From: Hormiphora californensis
Lineage: Eukaryota > Animalia > Ctenophora
Assembly: GCA_020137815.1 (NCBI GenBank)
Contig: CM035357.1
Span: 6,510,001-6,574,000, forward strand
Direction of reading: 5' to 3'
Length of the DNA: 64,000 bases
This document shows, piece by piece, positions 1 through 13,125 of the stretch. Within the stretch, counting starts at the first letter, position 1, and every line of letters begins with the position of its first letter. Made by a program: the position numbers and the translations under genes. The notes under the pieces are model-generated. The model made no database searches. It was not told where the DNA came from and saw only the letters and a list, made by a program, of their open reading frames with translations.

Positions 1-2
1 CC

Positions 3-260
3 TATAACACCCGGACCAAATCATCTGGAGAAAGTACCACCCTCTTCCTAGTGGTTCTCATATCTCTCTGTACTATCCTAGTCATCCTAACCCTGTGGCT
101 GTTGTCTCGGCTTGTCAGAGAGAAGATAAAACACGGAGAGTTGAAGGGGACGTTATGGTGGGTGAAGATTGTATATTTCGGGAAGGTGCCTACTGGACCA
201 AGGAATGATATGACACTGATAGCACCGCCCGACCCTTATGAGTCAGATCATAGCGTGTAA
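3..260 (+). CDS. 3' end of a single-pass membrane protein (partial, begins left of window)
   Basis: Frame is open from the window edge (YNTRTKSSGESTTLFLVVLISLCTILVILTLWLLSRLVREK...DHSV*): hydrophobic TM helix, basic stop-transfer residues, short tail. AATAAA at ~332. Confidence 0.55.
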   Translation, partial: YNTRTKSSGESTTLFLVVLISLCTILVILTLWLLSRLVREKIKHGELKGTLWWVKIVYFGKVPTGPRNDMTLIAPPDPYESDHSV

Positions 261-395
261 ATATGTGTGTTGATTTTTGTCCCCCTCCGTGTTAGTGTCA
301 TATTGTGACTCACAGAGAGGGACTGAGAGAGAATAAATTATTCAATTTGTCGTTTGTTTGTTTTAATTTTGAACTGAAATCAAATGTGTTTTTAC

Positions 396-943
396 CTGAC
401 CAGTACTCGTAAGGGGTTTTAGGTTCATCAATCTTCATATGCCCGTAATCCTTGTCAGCCGGGTGTAACGTTAACTTGATATTGTCTTCATCCCATTTTA
501 TTGGAGTTGGGTTCCTGAAAGTTGAGGGGTGGATTTTAGAGATATTTACGAGTGTGTGACATGTTAGGACACTTATGACCCAATACCCATGATAGTGAGG
601 GTGTCCTGTGAACTGTCACTGGTGTAATAATATAACTGTGACAGTTGCCACTGTTAGCGGAGAGGTGAGCGTGGGAAATTAGTGCGCGTTCGACTCTCAC
701 ACTGCGCCACAATCTTACTGCGAGTGACAGCGCGCGTGCTCGACAGTCCCAAGAAGAGTTTGATTTCCCCGCGAGCCCCAATTCCACCGACTCACACACT
801 GTGACCTGTGTGTCAGTGTTGCGGAACCATAATACACAGGGTACTATCATGAGTAACAGAGAAATTAACTGATGTTACACTTACTTTGCAGTTGCTTTTA
901 TTTCCTCCCCAGTTTTCAGAATTCCCCTCGGTTTATCTTCCAT
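396..943 (-). CDS. PPP1R2: Protein phosphatase 1 inhibitor-2 (IPP-2), first two coding exons (885-943, 396-514)
   Basis: Not in the ORF track. Manual GT-AG splicing gives [59 protein letters not shown], with the GILK (SILK) motif, KWDE and [17 protein letters not shown] signature of inhibitor-2. Confidence 0.9.
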
Positions 944-1484
944 ATTTTAGCTAAACTGAGGAAGTAGGAAATTGTTGAGGGAAGTAGGAAACGATGGTTT
1001 GACAAAATAAGATAGGAAGGAGGTTTGGGGAGTTATAGCGTGGTACTAGTTAGGTAGTGGAGGGTTATTAAAATTTTCTTACCCTCCCTCGGAGAGAGTG
1101 AATGTTCTTACCCTCCCTCGGAAAGAGAGGGTCGAACAAGGCAAGGAGGGGTAACCAGGGTGGTAGGCAAAACAGGAAGCGTACACTTTGGGTGAAAAAT
1201 ATACCATACACACGTTAAAATATACTATACGCCTAGTATATAGCCCATACCGGCGCTAGGAAAAAATAACTTAAAAAATCTCTCGAAAAATCCTCTCAAA
1301 ATATACATAAACTTCAAACAATCGGGTTTTATTTGGTGTATAAACTTTTTTATTGTTCTAATATGTGTGATATTCAATATGACATGCTGTATAAAGAACG
1401 CTTGTTTCGTGTATATTATATCTGCTAAACCTACTACTAAATCTTTATTCTGTGATTGGGTGACTAATGTATCAGCGATGAAAA

Positions 1485-2272
1485 CTATTCCAAGTCTTCA
1501 CATTTGTCTAGGGGGTAATGATCAGGATGCCGTTTCAGATGGTCTATTAGTTCCTGTTTCTGATCCTGTAGATTCAGGGGTAAGGTGTCCCAGGCATCGT
1601 CAAACATCTGGGGAGAGGGGGTTAGTGGTATGGAGGATGGGGGGGTTTAGAACCAGGGGAGGGGGTTTAGAACTAGGGGATAGAGACTCTATATTAGAAC
1701 CAGGGAAGGGGGATAGAGAGTACCACCGGGGAAGAAGCAGTAGGTTGTCAGTAGATTGTCAAGCTAATCACTGGAGTGGCAGAGAAGCGAAGAAGGGAAT
1801 GGGTTTATATGAGGAAGTATTGCTACACAATTTGACGCACTAATATTGCCTCCTGCACTTCTATAAAATCATCAACTACCATTTCATTTAGATACATCAC
1901 AATCACCCCCTACTTGTCAGAAATATTAAGTGAGATTTAACGTATTTAGTTCAGCAAAAGAGCCTTCAGAAATGGGGAGTGACACTGACAGTTGCACGCA
2001 GTTGTATGTGTAGGTAGTATACAAAGCGAGTAATGTATGACAAACAGAAGGCACATGTCACAAGCACAGAGAATGGAGATATAGAGATAGGGAGATAGGG
2101 AGAAAGAGAGATAGGGAGATAGAGAAATAGGGAGAAAGAGAGATAGGGAGATAGAGATAGGGAGAAAGAGCCGATAGAATGATATGGAGATGAGAAAACA
2201 ATTTCGTGCCAGGATACTATCAATGATCAATCAATTGTACTAGTCCGACGGATAGCGAGAAAGATTTAGAGA

Positions 2273-2319
<47 letters not shown>

Positions 2320-2426
2320 AGATGAGAGAGAGAGAGAGAGAGAGAGGAGGAGAGAGAGGGAGAGCAGAGAGAGAGAGAGAGGAGAGTAGAGAGAGAGCAG
2401 AAGGAGAGAAGAGAGAGAGAGAGACG

Positions 2427-2464
<38 letters not shown>

Positions 2465-2479
2465 TAGGAGAAGAGAGAG

Positions 2480-2514
<35 letters not shown>

Positions 2515-2521
2515 GAGAGAG

Positions 2522-2599
<78 letters not shown>

Positions 2600-3414
2600 G
2601 GAGAGTGAGAGTGAGAGAGAAAGCGGATAAAGGATAAAACTAAATCGAGGGAGTACAAAGTGATCTGTAATAATGTGTCAAGCAGAACTTAGACATCTTA
2701 ATATTGATAAAGCGATATAGAGGTGGAAGATAGAGGTTAAGAAAGATAAATGAATCCCTTTATAGAGCAATAGAGCTGGTAAATTCGTGGTAAGACAGAG
2801 AATCAAAGAAACGGCAGAGGTAGCATGAATTATGTGGAATGTATTGCGAATTACAAGAGTCAATTCTTTAGAACATCTGCAACATAAACAGCCACCCCCC
2901 CCCCCTCAAAACACTGCCTCTCTTCCTGTACTAATTAGATGTTAATTAACTCCCTGTCTAACTTACAAGCAGTGGATTAGGTAACTTGGTCGTCTCTGCC
3001 TCTTTGAATGCCCTCAGAATCTCAGTTCGGGTGGTAGACCGGAACTCTTTCTCGTGTGATTCACTCCACCAACCCTTATCGGTTAGGTAGGATCTGATCC
3101 TGTTGATTGGCGTGTCCACTGTGTCCCAGTAGTTCACCTCGTCAACTGACCTGAAGGGGGGACATGATTATTGAGGGGTGGGGGATGGGGGACGATGTAA
3201 TAAGTAATCAGTAATGGGGTGGACACGGGATAAGAAATGAGGGGTTAGAGTTTAGACTTTAGACCTAACATCAACCCAAGTGTATTATTTTGTGATTCTG
3301 TGATGTAATAAATATGTAGCGTACCTGCAATCACAACTATTAAGTTTGAATATAAAGATGGTAACAGTTAGAATGAATGACTGAATGAACGATTACGAAT
3401 GAGAGAGGGAGAGA

Positions 3415-3501
<87 letters not shown>

Positions 3502-4976
3502 TAATTCCAAAGAAGCAGAATGATTAGCATCTCTGTTAGATCAACAAACCTGAACTCATCAAATTAAACCGCTGTTACAAGAGGGGTAGCAAAGAAAGAG
3601 AGACGGAGAGAGAGAAGAGGAGAGAATGATGTAGTGAACAAGAGGGGGAGGGAAAATAAAAAAGAAAAGAATGATAACCGAAGCAGACACACTGACAAGC
3701 AAGGAATTATCAAACTACGGGAGGAAAATGAGTGAAAACCTCTCTAAATGAGGGAGGAATGAATTTGTCAAAATGACGTGATGAAGATGTGACAGTCTCA
3801 TTTAAACAGTTTAATTGTAAAATATAATATTCTCTCTCTCTACACCTCTCTCGCATCCCAAGGCAATATATGTGGTAAATAATGAGGCGCTTCAGATTAA
3901 TTGCCGGTAGTGGGGGTAAAGTGTAAAACTGGGAAGCAACTGTAAAAATGGTTACAGAGAAAAGGGAAAGAAATGGAGAGTGAGAGTCGAGACATTTAGG
4001 GAAAAAGAGATGGAGGGATTTATGGTATAATATGGCAGAGCGAGATCTTCCCAAGCAAAAGAAAATTCAGATATATATTACAGTATTTCCGTTTGATCAA
4101 CTGTCTCTCTCTCTCTTTAGTCTCTCACGTGTGATGGAAGTGTTTATCTTTGTACACTCCCGTGATACTCAACGTGTACATGATGTACTATAGATTGGAC
4201 ATAATGTACTATAGATTGGAAACATGGAGGGCTGTTTATCTCTAATACAATGTAATAGTAACATTCTCTGCCAGTAGTGTAGTGTAACTGGTTGTTATGT
4301 AAGTACAGGGTTCGATCTGTTCGGGACACTTCATTCTAATCCCGCCCGTATGTCATAAGGGAGTATGGCATGGAGTAGTGACAGATAGATGAGCTATAGC
4401 ATAGGGTGCATATATGTCATACAATAGGAGAGACTGAGACTGAGCTACCCGCACTTCTTATCAATTTCACAGATAGGGACAGAGAGCTCTCCCTCCGCCT
4501 TTTTTTGGTAAGATAGAATGGGAACTTTGGGGATAGAGAGAGAAACTGATGAGGGAACAGAAATAGCAACGGAGCTAAAAGCGATGTTATTCGTTGTAAG
4601 CTAGGGAGATAAACAATAAACATGTTTTCCACTGTCAGGCTACAAACTGATCTAAATATTGGACAACTTTGGTAATGCTACAAAACGAGTACCATTATTA
4701 TACTCGTGTAGAATGGACATTGACGTGTAGAATGGACATTGTACATGTACTTCAAAGGAAACAAGAAAAGTGAAGGAGACGAGTCAACCTCGCTCTGCCC
4801 TCTCTCTCTCTCTCTCTTTCTCTCTCATTACTCCCTCAACCCTCTCTCCTAAGCGCTCTATCAGTACAGAGAGAGATACAAACACCACACGTGTTGATGT
4901 ATCCTCCTGCCCGTGGTATATACCACCCACGCTCTACGAGATTAGAGATATGGTAATATGCGAGATCTCACGAGAG

Positions 4977-5036
<60 letters not shown>

Positions 5037-8000
5037 TGTGTGTACACTGTACACTAAGGAAGATGAATGTGATGGTGTCATATTTATCATGCCATGTAAA
5101 GCAGAGCTCTCTTTGTCGGATTGTCCCAAATCCCAAATGGCAACCTCATTGTATCGCTTTTTAACCAATAATAACCCGCTTACAATTAACCCGCCCAATG
5201 ATGGTATATACCCTGATTATCATGAACAATCTTCTTCTTTTGAGAGTGCCTGGGAAAACTCACCAAGGAACTATAGATATGGGATCGCCGATACTAGTGA
5301 ATGAGTGCCCTGACTAAAGCAATCACCTGTAAGCGGTAGAATCATCGCTAGTGCTGTGATGCCCCACTCGGTACGTCATTGCCTCCAATATTACTGGTCT
5401 CTGCTCCTCTACTGCCAGTTTCCGAGCTGCTTTAGTAGCGTTGTAAACGGCGAAGAGATCATTTCCATCGAACCTAACAGCAGGCATACCGTACCCAATA
5501 CCACGTGATGCAATACCTGGAGGTGAGGGGGTGATTTAGTCAACTTGTTCATGTCTTTCACTGTTTTGTTTTAGCAGAGCTCACACCCACATAGTTCACA
5601 CTCCCAGCCCCAGTCCCTACTAAGTGTCAGTGTGTTACTCACCATCACCCCGGTATTGATCCTTGGTTGAGGTGGATATGGCATACCCGTTATTCCTACA
5701 GAAAAACAGGACCGGACAATCCAGTACTGCCGCCATATTCATTGCTGCGTGAGCATCCCCCTCACTGGCAGCTCCCTCCCCAAAGTAACACACCACACAT
5801 ACATCCTTATCAGTCTGCTTGAGGGCGTAGGCATGGCCAGCTGCTTGGGGGATCTGAGGAGGAAGGGATGAGGAAACGATCAAAACACTATTCTGGTTTT
5901 AGTCAAATTGTTATTTGATAGTTCTGATTGTTTTAAGAAAGAAGTAAACTAATAGTATAGGGCAGGGTGATCTGCTTCCAGTTACCTGTGTACCAAGGGG
6001 AGATGATACGGTTTGAATGTTGGCTTTCGCTCCACTGTAGTGAACAGGCATCTGTTTACCTGCGTGTGAATACTAATTAAACAATCTTAGTGACTAGAAA
6101 TACTGGGCCATCTTGCAAAGTGGCTGAAAATACTGTGCCATAATTTTGACTGAAAACACTGAGTACCTTTTCCAAAGTCTCGTGCGGTTCCAAAACACTG
6201 GTGCATGCACTCCAGCGGTGTATACCCCCTCCACAGGAACACCCCTGCCTCCCTGTACTGGGGGAAGACAACATCCTTGAATTTTAGAGCTCGAGCACTG
6301 CCTATCTGGATAGCCTCTTCGCCAAAGTTGGTCATGTAGAAAGATATCCGGCCTGGGGGATAAGAAATACCAATACAAGACTCAAGAGCATTCTATTATT
6401 ATTATCATGATAATATGATTATGACAACTAGAAGTACTAACACTTACAGCATCATATAACTAGAAATACATACTTATAAATACTGAAAAATGCTAAGAAA
6501 AATACTAAGAAATACTGAAATCAAGATTAATAAAAGGGGAGACCTTGGTTAAAGAGAGAGCTGATAGAGGAAGGGTATCTATGACGTCAATGCCGGTTAA
6601 ATATATAACGCTCATCAGAGGCATATGGGATCTTAACCTCTCTATATGGGATCTTAACCTCTCTATATTTCTCTCTGGCATGAATCCCACATCACCCCTA
6701 ACTAAGATCAGGAGTTCTCTAAATAGGGCTTAATAAGTGGAGAGAGGGGGAAGTGATGGGGTGAGAAAAGAGAGGATTGACTAGACATCCTTGTTAACCG
6801 ATAAATGAAGCATGAGCTGATTCTTCCCCTGCGAGAGAAGCGTTACTACAACATATAAATATAAGTTAAAGAAATATAAATTAAAGAAATAGAAATATAA
6901 GATATGGGAAAGCTGTCAAATCGTCGAAACAATTATCTTTGCATTATATCGGTATGGGAAATGAGTGTCAATATCAATAGTGTCAATAACTGAAAGATGG
7001 GTTAATTACACAAAGAGACTAGACAAGTGGTTAAGTAATACTAGGCTGTCCAGTATTGATTGTCGTTGGGCTTTTATGAGACAATGATTTAAGATAGAGC
7101 AAAATGGACTTCACCGCCGTTTTTCTCACGCGATTTTAGATCGGAATAAGACGCCCGGTATCGGTATATGGCTGTTCTGGGATCCCAGCAGGCTATTTTC
7201 TCTACCCCACTCCTGTTGCCGCTGCATATGAAAAATCGCGATTTTCGAGTTTTAGCACCAAAACTGCTGTACTTCTTAAAAATGGTACCTGAGTGATGTT
7301 TTGTTGCATCAAGCTTGATCATTGGACAATTATCTATCGTTTAAGATGTAATAAAATATCCTATCTTTATTTTTTCACTGAGCAATGGGCCTCCAAAAAG
7401 TTTTGGTAAAAATTAGAAACTTTCACTTCCGGGTCTCATCAGGATTGGCTTGTAATCAAAAAATTTGCAGTAAAAGATAGTTCTAAGTAAGTTCTAAGAC
7501 CTAGTGAAGCCAATTATGTGATTGGTTGACTTTTAAATTGACTAATTGACGTTTTCCTAAACGGGCCAGTTTTTGTGTGCACTTTTTCGCTTTTTCATGT
7601 TAGATTTATTGTTCTAGAGGTTATAAGTGAACATGTAGAGACCCAAATCGCATACATATCTCATCCTTAGACGATTGTCTATCAATTGAGCACTACGGGA
7701 GCTGAAGAAACCGTAACAGTTTTCTTCCAGCAGCGATTAAAAAACATTGGTAACCCCGTGCAGCAGCAACAAGAGTTGGGTAGAGAAAATAGCCTGCTGG
7801 GGACCAAGAACAACCACATACCGATACCGGGCGTCTTATTCTTATCTAAAATCGCGTGAGAAAAATGGTGGTGAAGTCCATTTTGCCCTATCTCAAAACA
7901 TTTTTTGATAAAAGCCCAACGACAATCAATACTGGACAGCCTAGTATGTCTCCATTTCTCAGCCACATCTCCTTATTTTTCTCTGCTTTAAGCAACACGT

Positions 8001-10085
8001 GGTGTAGTTACATGATCTTCTGGCAGCGTATTTTATGTTACATTATTTTCCTCATTTCCCTGTCCAATCTCCCTCTCTCTCTCCCTCCCCCTCTCTCAAT
8101 CCCTCTCTCTCACCCTCTCCCTCCCTCCCTCTCACCCCCTCTCCCTCCCTCTCTCTCAATCCCTCTCACCCCCTCTCTCTCCCTTTCTATCTCTCTCTCT
8201 CACCCTCATTAAGCCTGTCAAAACGTGTCGATATTTGGCCAAACCTAGAACTCACTAGAGGCAAGCCAATTCCGGTTGTACATCCTAGGTATAGGCCTCG
8301 TGAACATAAAAAACCAAAATGTCAGTCTCAATTATTTGGGGGAAGGTGTGTAATTAGCCCCTAATTGATTGGTAATTGAGCACAAGGGGAAAAACGCTGT
8401 ATCTACCCTTAGGAAAGGAGTAGAGACAAAATAAAGGGCACGAAAGTGTTCAGCGTCCTCGCTTTAGTGGGGGTAGGTACCGGAATTAAGTCTCTATCTC
8501 ATCTGGTTAATTAGATAATTGGATAATTAGGTATGCGCATAACCGTTTTTAGGCTATATGGCTATAGCCATGTTGGGAAAGGAGTAGAGAAAAAACCGAG
8601 GGCACTAAAATGATCAGCGTCCTCGCATTAGTGGGGGTAGGTGCCGGAATTAAGTCTCTATCTCATCCGGTTAATTGGATAATTGGATAATTAGGTTTGC
8701 ACATAACCGTTTTTAGGCTATATGGCTATATAATCGGGCTATTTACCGTATTTTGCTAATTTTGAGCACCTTTAAAGCCAAATAACGGCTAAACGGTTGA
8801 AGATAGAGCTTAAAAGTCCGACGTCGACCCCCCATAACTTGGCTATTGCCTACAAAATGGCACCAATGAAAAGTCTCTAAACCGTTCCTAAGTGGCTATA
8901 GCCATATAGCCTAAAAACGGTTATGTGCAAACCTAATTATCCAATTATCCAATTAACCGGATGAGATAGAGACTTAATTCCGGCACCTACCCCCACTAAT
9001 GCGAGGACGCTGATCATTTTAGTGCCCTCGGTTTTTTCTCTACTCCTTTCCCAACATGGCTATAGCCATATAGCCTAAAAACGGTTATGCGCATACCTAA
9101 TTATCCAATTATCTAATTAACCAGATGAGATAGAGACTTAATTCCGGTACCTACCCCCACTAAAGCGAGGACGCTGAACACTTTCGTGCCCTTTATTTTG
9201 TCTCTACTCCTTTCCTAAGGGTAGATACAGCGTTTTTCCCCTTGTGCTCAATTACCAATCAATTAGGGGCTAATTACACACCTTCCCCCAAATAATTGAG
9301 ACTGACATTTTGGTTTTTTATGTTCACGAGGCCTATACCTAGGATGTACAACCGGAATTGGCTTGCCTCTAGTGAGTTCTAGGTCGAAACACGTTTTGAC
9401 AGGCTTACATGGTCAATCAAGCACACCTACCTTGACGTTGGCTCTGATAAAGGATTCGGTCCATCACACTCGTCCGTACCATGTACCGATACATCTCTGT
9501 CAGCTCGTCCTGGTCGAAACCAGGGTCACCAGATGGGTCAAGTACCTTACCCTGTCCATTCAACACACGGTAAATTGGTATCTTGGGCACCTGTAGGCAG
9601 AGAAATAGAGAGAAGAGGGAGTGTGAGAAAAGAAGCAAAGGAGATGGCGTCAAGGAAATATTTTTATACCAAACCGGGGATAAACAGAGAGAAAGGGAGG
9701 CATAAAAAGAGAAAAAGAGAAATTTCATACCCAGACTGAAACCTCTAAAAAAATTCTTTGACGGACCAATTTTCACAATATTTTCTCTGTTCTCGAATAT
9801 ATTTTACTTCCAAAATAACCCCACCCCTTCTCACCAGCCCACTAAACCCACCCTTCCTTACCAGCCCACTAAACCCACAACTCCTCACCAGCCCACTGAA
9901 CCCACCCCTCCTCACCAACCCAATAAACCCACCTCCTCAGGGATGATGAATCGTAGCTCCTTCGTAAAGTCAGAGCTGACACCGGGGTATGGGGCTGGCT
10001 CGTCCCGCACACTATCGACATGGAAGGAACGGAGGTGGGTGGCTCGACACAGCGACCCAAGCAGGTTCCGGGCCAACAAGCTCAT
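1485..10085 (-). CDS. BCKDHA: Branched-chain alpha-keto acid dehydrogenase E1 alpha subunit, 8 exons, ~426 aa
   Basis: Exons 9933-10085, 9431-9590, 6167-6352, 5986-6059, 5643-5853, 5327-5516, 2967-3150, 1485-1607 join in frame with GT-AG introns. Motifs: [34 protein letters not shown] motif [11 protein letters not shown]...NNGYAIST, phospho-loop [13 protein letters not shown]-terminal HYPLD. N-terminus resembles a mitochondrial presequence. Confidence 0.96.
2268..2620. repeat. (GA)n microsatellite, imperfect
   Basis: Long AG dinucleotide tract in a BCKDHA intron. Further (GA)n tracts at ~3400-3500 and ~4970-5035. Confidence 0.95.
7041..7944. mobile_element. Non-autonomous DNA transposon, ~130-bp TIRs, TA target duplication
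   Basis: Starts CTAGGCTGTCCAGTATTGATTGTCGTTGGGCTTTTAT and ends ATAAAAGCCCAACGACAATCAATACTGGACAGCCTAG. Flanked by TA on both sides. No transposase ORF. Confidence 0.85.
8210..9407. mobile_element. 1.2-kb foldback/palindromic non-autonomous DNA transposon, 3-bp TSD (CAT)
   Basis: Arms ~8210-8729 and ~8895-9407 are near-perfect reverse complements, each containing an internal ~160-bp tandem duplication. Termini TAAGCCTGTCAAAACGTG / CACGTTTTGACAGGCTTA, with CAT at 8207-8209 and 9408-9410. Confidence 0.88.
9820..9940. repeat. 27-bp minisatellite spanning the BCKDHA exon 1 donor site
   Basis: About 4-5 units of CCCACCCCTCCTCACCAGCCCACTAAA. On the minus strand each unit resembles exon end TGAGGAG plus donor GTGGGTTTA. 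Confidence 0.75.
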
Positions 10086-10580
10086 TCTACACAGAGGAGA
10101 GAGGTGTGCTGTCACTAGACATGTATTAAAAGTAAAATCATGTTAGAAAAAGGGAGTAAAGGTTAACACGCAGTACGGGATAATGTAGTGCTTTTAATAA
10201 TTCATGCATTACAAGGGGCATTTTTAATTTTAACATTTCCCCTAAAAATCGCGGCTGCTCACTACATATTGTCAAAAATTGTTCAAGATGAATAAACACA
10301 GTTCCAAACAATTGTGAAGGCAAGTATTAACTTTAATTCCACGCTTTTGGGGGTTGGTTCCAACTTCCATTTTCGGGCAAAATTGCATTAAAACGTGTTC
10401 CTATGGAGGCACCCCGAATGTGTTGAGACGCGCATATCGCGACGCGCATGAGACGCGCATGCGACGCGCACATTGCGACGCGCACCAAATTGGTCAAATT
10501 CAAAAAATGTGAAAATGAGTTTTTAAAATTTTAAGACTTGAGGCCTCTTGGACGTTTTTGGGAGACTGATGGTGACCCAT

Positions 10581-12880
10581 AAGGAGTCCGAGAGCCTCAA
10601 AGAGAGTGCACAGCATCGGAAAGAGACTGCACTGTGCAGTGCACGCAGCATCCAGAAGAGAGCGCGCGCTTACCACGTGAAAGAGGCTCACCGCGCGAAG
10701 TAAGCAGTACTTTACCCTCAATTTTCTTCTCGCGCGTTACATAACATTCAATTTCACACACTTCTGTCTTCGGAGACTCGATGAAGAAGACTGAAATCAA
10801 GGATGAGAAGATAAATGAGGCCAATTGGATTCTTGAGTTGTTAATTGTTTTCAAACAAGATCAACACACTTTTGGATTATTTGAAAATTCTATATTGGAG
10901 AGAAATATTTCGTTTCTAATTTCATTTTCAGACAAAAGTGTGTGGGAAGAATATAAAACACATTCATTTCGTTTCCATTAAGTTTCAGTGTACATAAAAC
11001 AATATTGTTAGTTTTACATTAGTCTTTTTGTTGCATTGACTACGTGTTGTTGACATGTAATTGAACTGTAATTATATTTGATTTAACGCTCAAAAGGAAA
11101 AGCTAAACATTTTTTGACAATATATTGCCAAATGCAACCACCATTATCATTTATCAGTTTATCAATGATCATGAAATAGTAATTGAGCATTGAACAATTA
11201 AGAAAAATCACACGAGTTTCACGACCAAAGACGGTCACTGTCTTTCCTCCGTCCATTACCTCTACTCCCATTTTAAAAGATAAGGTTCGAATTTTTACTT
11301 ATTCCGTGTTATTGATTCCAGTATTTCTCTTTCAATGTAAGTAAGGACATCTCACTCATTTATCTCCTCCACATATGATATCTCCCAACGTGTCAAATCC
11401 AGAACTTCCAGTGTTAGTTTCATCTTTTCCTCATCAAACTGATGGAGGAAGGGATATTTAATTGATTTAGAAGGAGGGGTTAGTTGATCAACATAACAAT
11501 AATGGGAGATGGCTTGTAAAAATCAGGAAATAATAAAGAAGTCGTAGTGTAAGAGGTGAGTGTAAATCATGTTGGGAAGGGCGTTTGATCGTGAAAAAAA
11601 ACATAGCTTGGCAAAAAACCCATGTATGCACTGCCTCACTGGATTTCTTATGTATTAAAACACATTGATTCTGACACTGATTTCCGGTTAAGAGGGGGCG
11701 TTGCTGTAGAGAAGATGTTGGTCAAAGGAAGGAAGGAAGGAAGGAAGGAGTCCGAGAGCCTCAAAGAGAGTGCACAGCATCGGAAAGAGACTGCACTGTG
11801 CAGTGCACTCAGCATCCAGAAGAGAGCGCGCGCTTACCACGTGAAAGAGGCTCACCGCGCGAAGTAAGCAGTACTTTACCCTCAATTTTCTTCTCGCGCG
11901 TTACATAACATTCAATTTCACACACTTCTGTCTTCGGAGACTCGATGAAGAAGACTGAAATCAAGGATGAGAAGATAAATGAGGCCAATTGGATTCTTGA
12001 GTTGTTAATTGTTTTCAAACAAGATCAACACACTTTTGGATTATTTGAAAATTCTATATTGGAGAGAAATATTTCGTTTCTAATTTCATTTTCAGACATT
12101 CATTTCGTTTCCATTAAGTTTCATTGTACATAAAACAATATTGTTAGTTTTACATTAGTCTTTTTGTTGCATTGACTACGTGTTGTTGACATGTAATTGA
12201 ACTGTAATTATATTTGATTTAACGCTCAAAAGGAAAAGCTAAACATTTTTTGACAATATATTGCCAAATGCAACCACCATTATCATTTATCAGTTTATCA
12301 ATGATCATGAAATAGTAATTGAGCATTGAACAATTAAGAAAAATCACACGAGTTTCACGACCAAAGACGGTCACTGTCTTTCCTCCGTCCATTACCTCTA
12401 CTCCCATTTTAAAAGATAAGGTTCGAATTTTTACTTATTCCGTGTTATTGATTCCAGTATTTCTCTTTCAATGTAAGTAAGGACATCTCACTCATTTATC
12501 TCCTCCACATATGATATCTCCCAACGTGTCAAATCCAGAACTTCCAGTGTTAGTTTCATCTTTTTCTCATCAAACTGATGGAGGAAGGGATATTTAATTG
12601 ATTTAGAAGGAGGGGTTAGTTGATCAACATAACAATAATGGGAGATGGCTTGTAAAAATCAGGAAATAATAAAGAAGTCGTAGTGTAAGAGGTGAGTGTA
12701 AATCATGTTGGGAAGGGCGTTTGATCGTGAAAAAAAACATAGCTTGGCAAAAAACCCATGTATGCACTGCCTCACTGGATTTCTTATGTATTAAAACACA
12801 TTGATTCTGACACTGATTTCCGGTTAAGAGGGGGCGTTGCTGTAGAGAAGATGTTGGTCAAAGGAAGGAAGGAAGGAAGG
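10581..12880. repeat. Near-identical tandem duplication of a ~1.15-kb unit (10581-11744; 11745-~12880)
   Basis: Identical ORF pairs in the track (11083/12219, 10781/11945). The second copy lacks 28 bp near 12097. The junction lies in AAGGA microhomology with a (GGAA)n tract. Confidence 0.93.
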
Positions 12881-13125
12881 AAGGAAGGAAGGAAGGAAGG
12901 AAGGAAGGAAGGAAGGAAGGAAGGAAGGAAGGAAGGAAGGAAGGAAGGAAGGAAGGATGGAAGGAAGGAAGAAGAAGAGAAGGAAGGAAGGAAGGAAGGA
13001 AGGAAGGAAGGAAGGAAGGAAGGAAGGAAGGAAGGAAGGAAGAAGGAAGGAAGGAAGGAAGGAAGGAAGGAAGGATAGGAAGGAAGGAAGGAAAAAGGGA
13101 TAGAGGAAGGAAGAAGAAGGAAGTA
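12861..13125. repeat. (GGAA)n microsatellite
   Basis: Tandem GGAA, degenerating into purine-rich low-complexity sequence up to ~13700. Confidence 0.95.

Noticed and set aside
11280-11520. In-frame TGA in a protein-like frame as possible selenocysteine or alternative genetic code
   Set aside because: The same frame also contains TAA and TAG, no SECIS is evident, and decay explains it.
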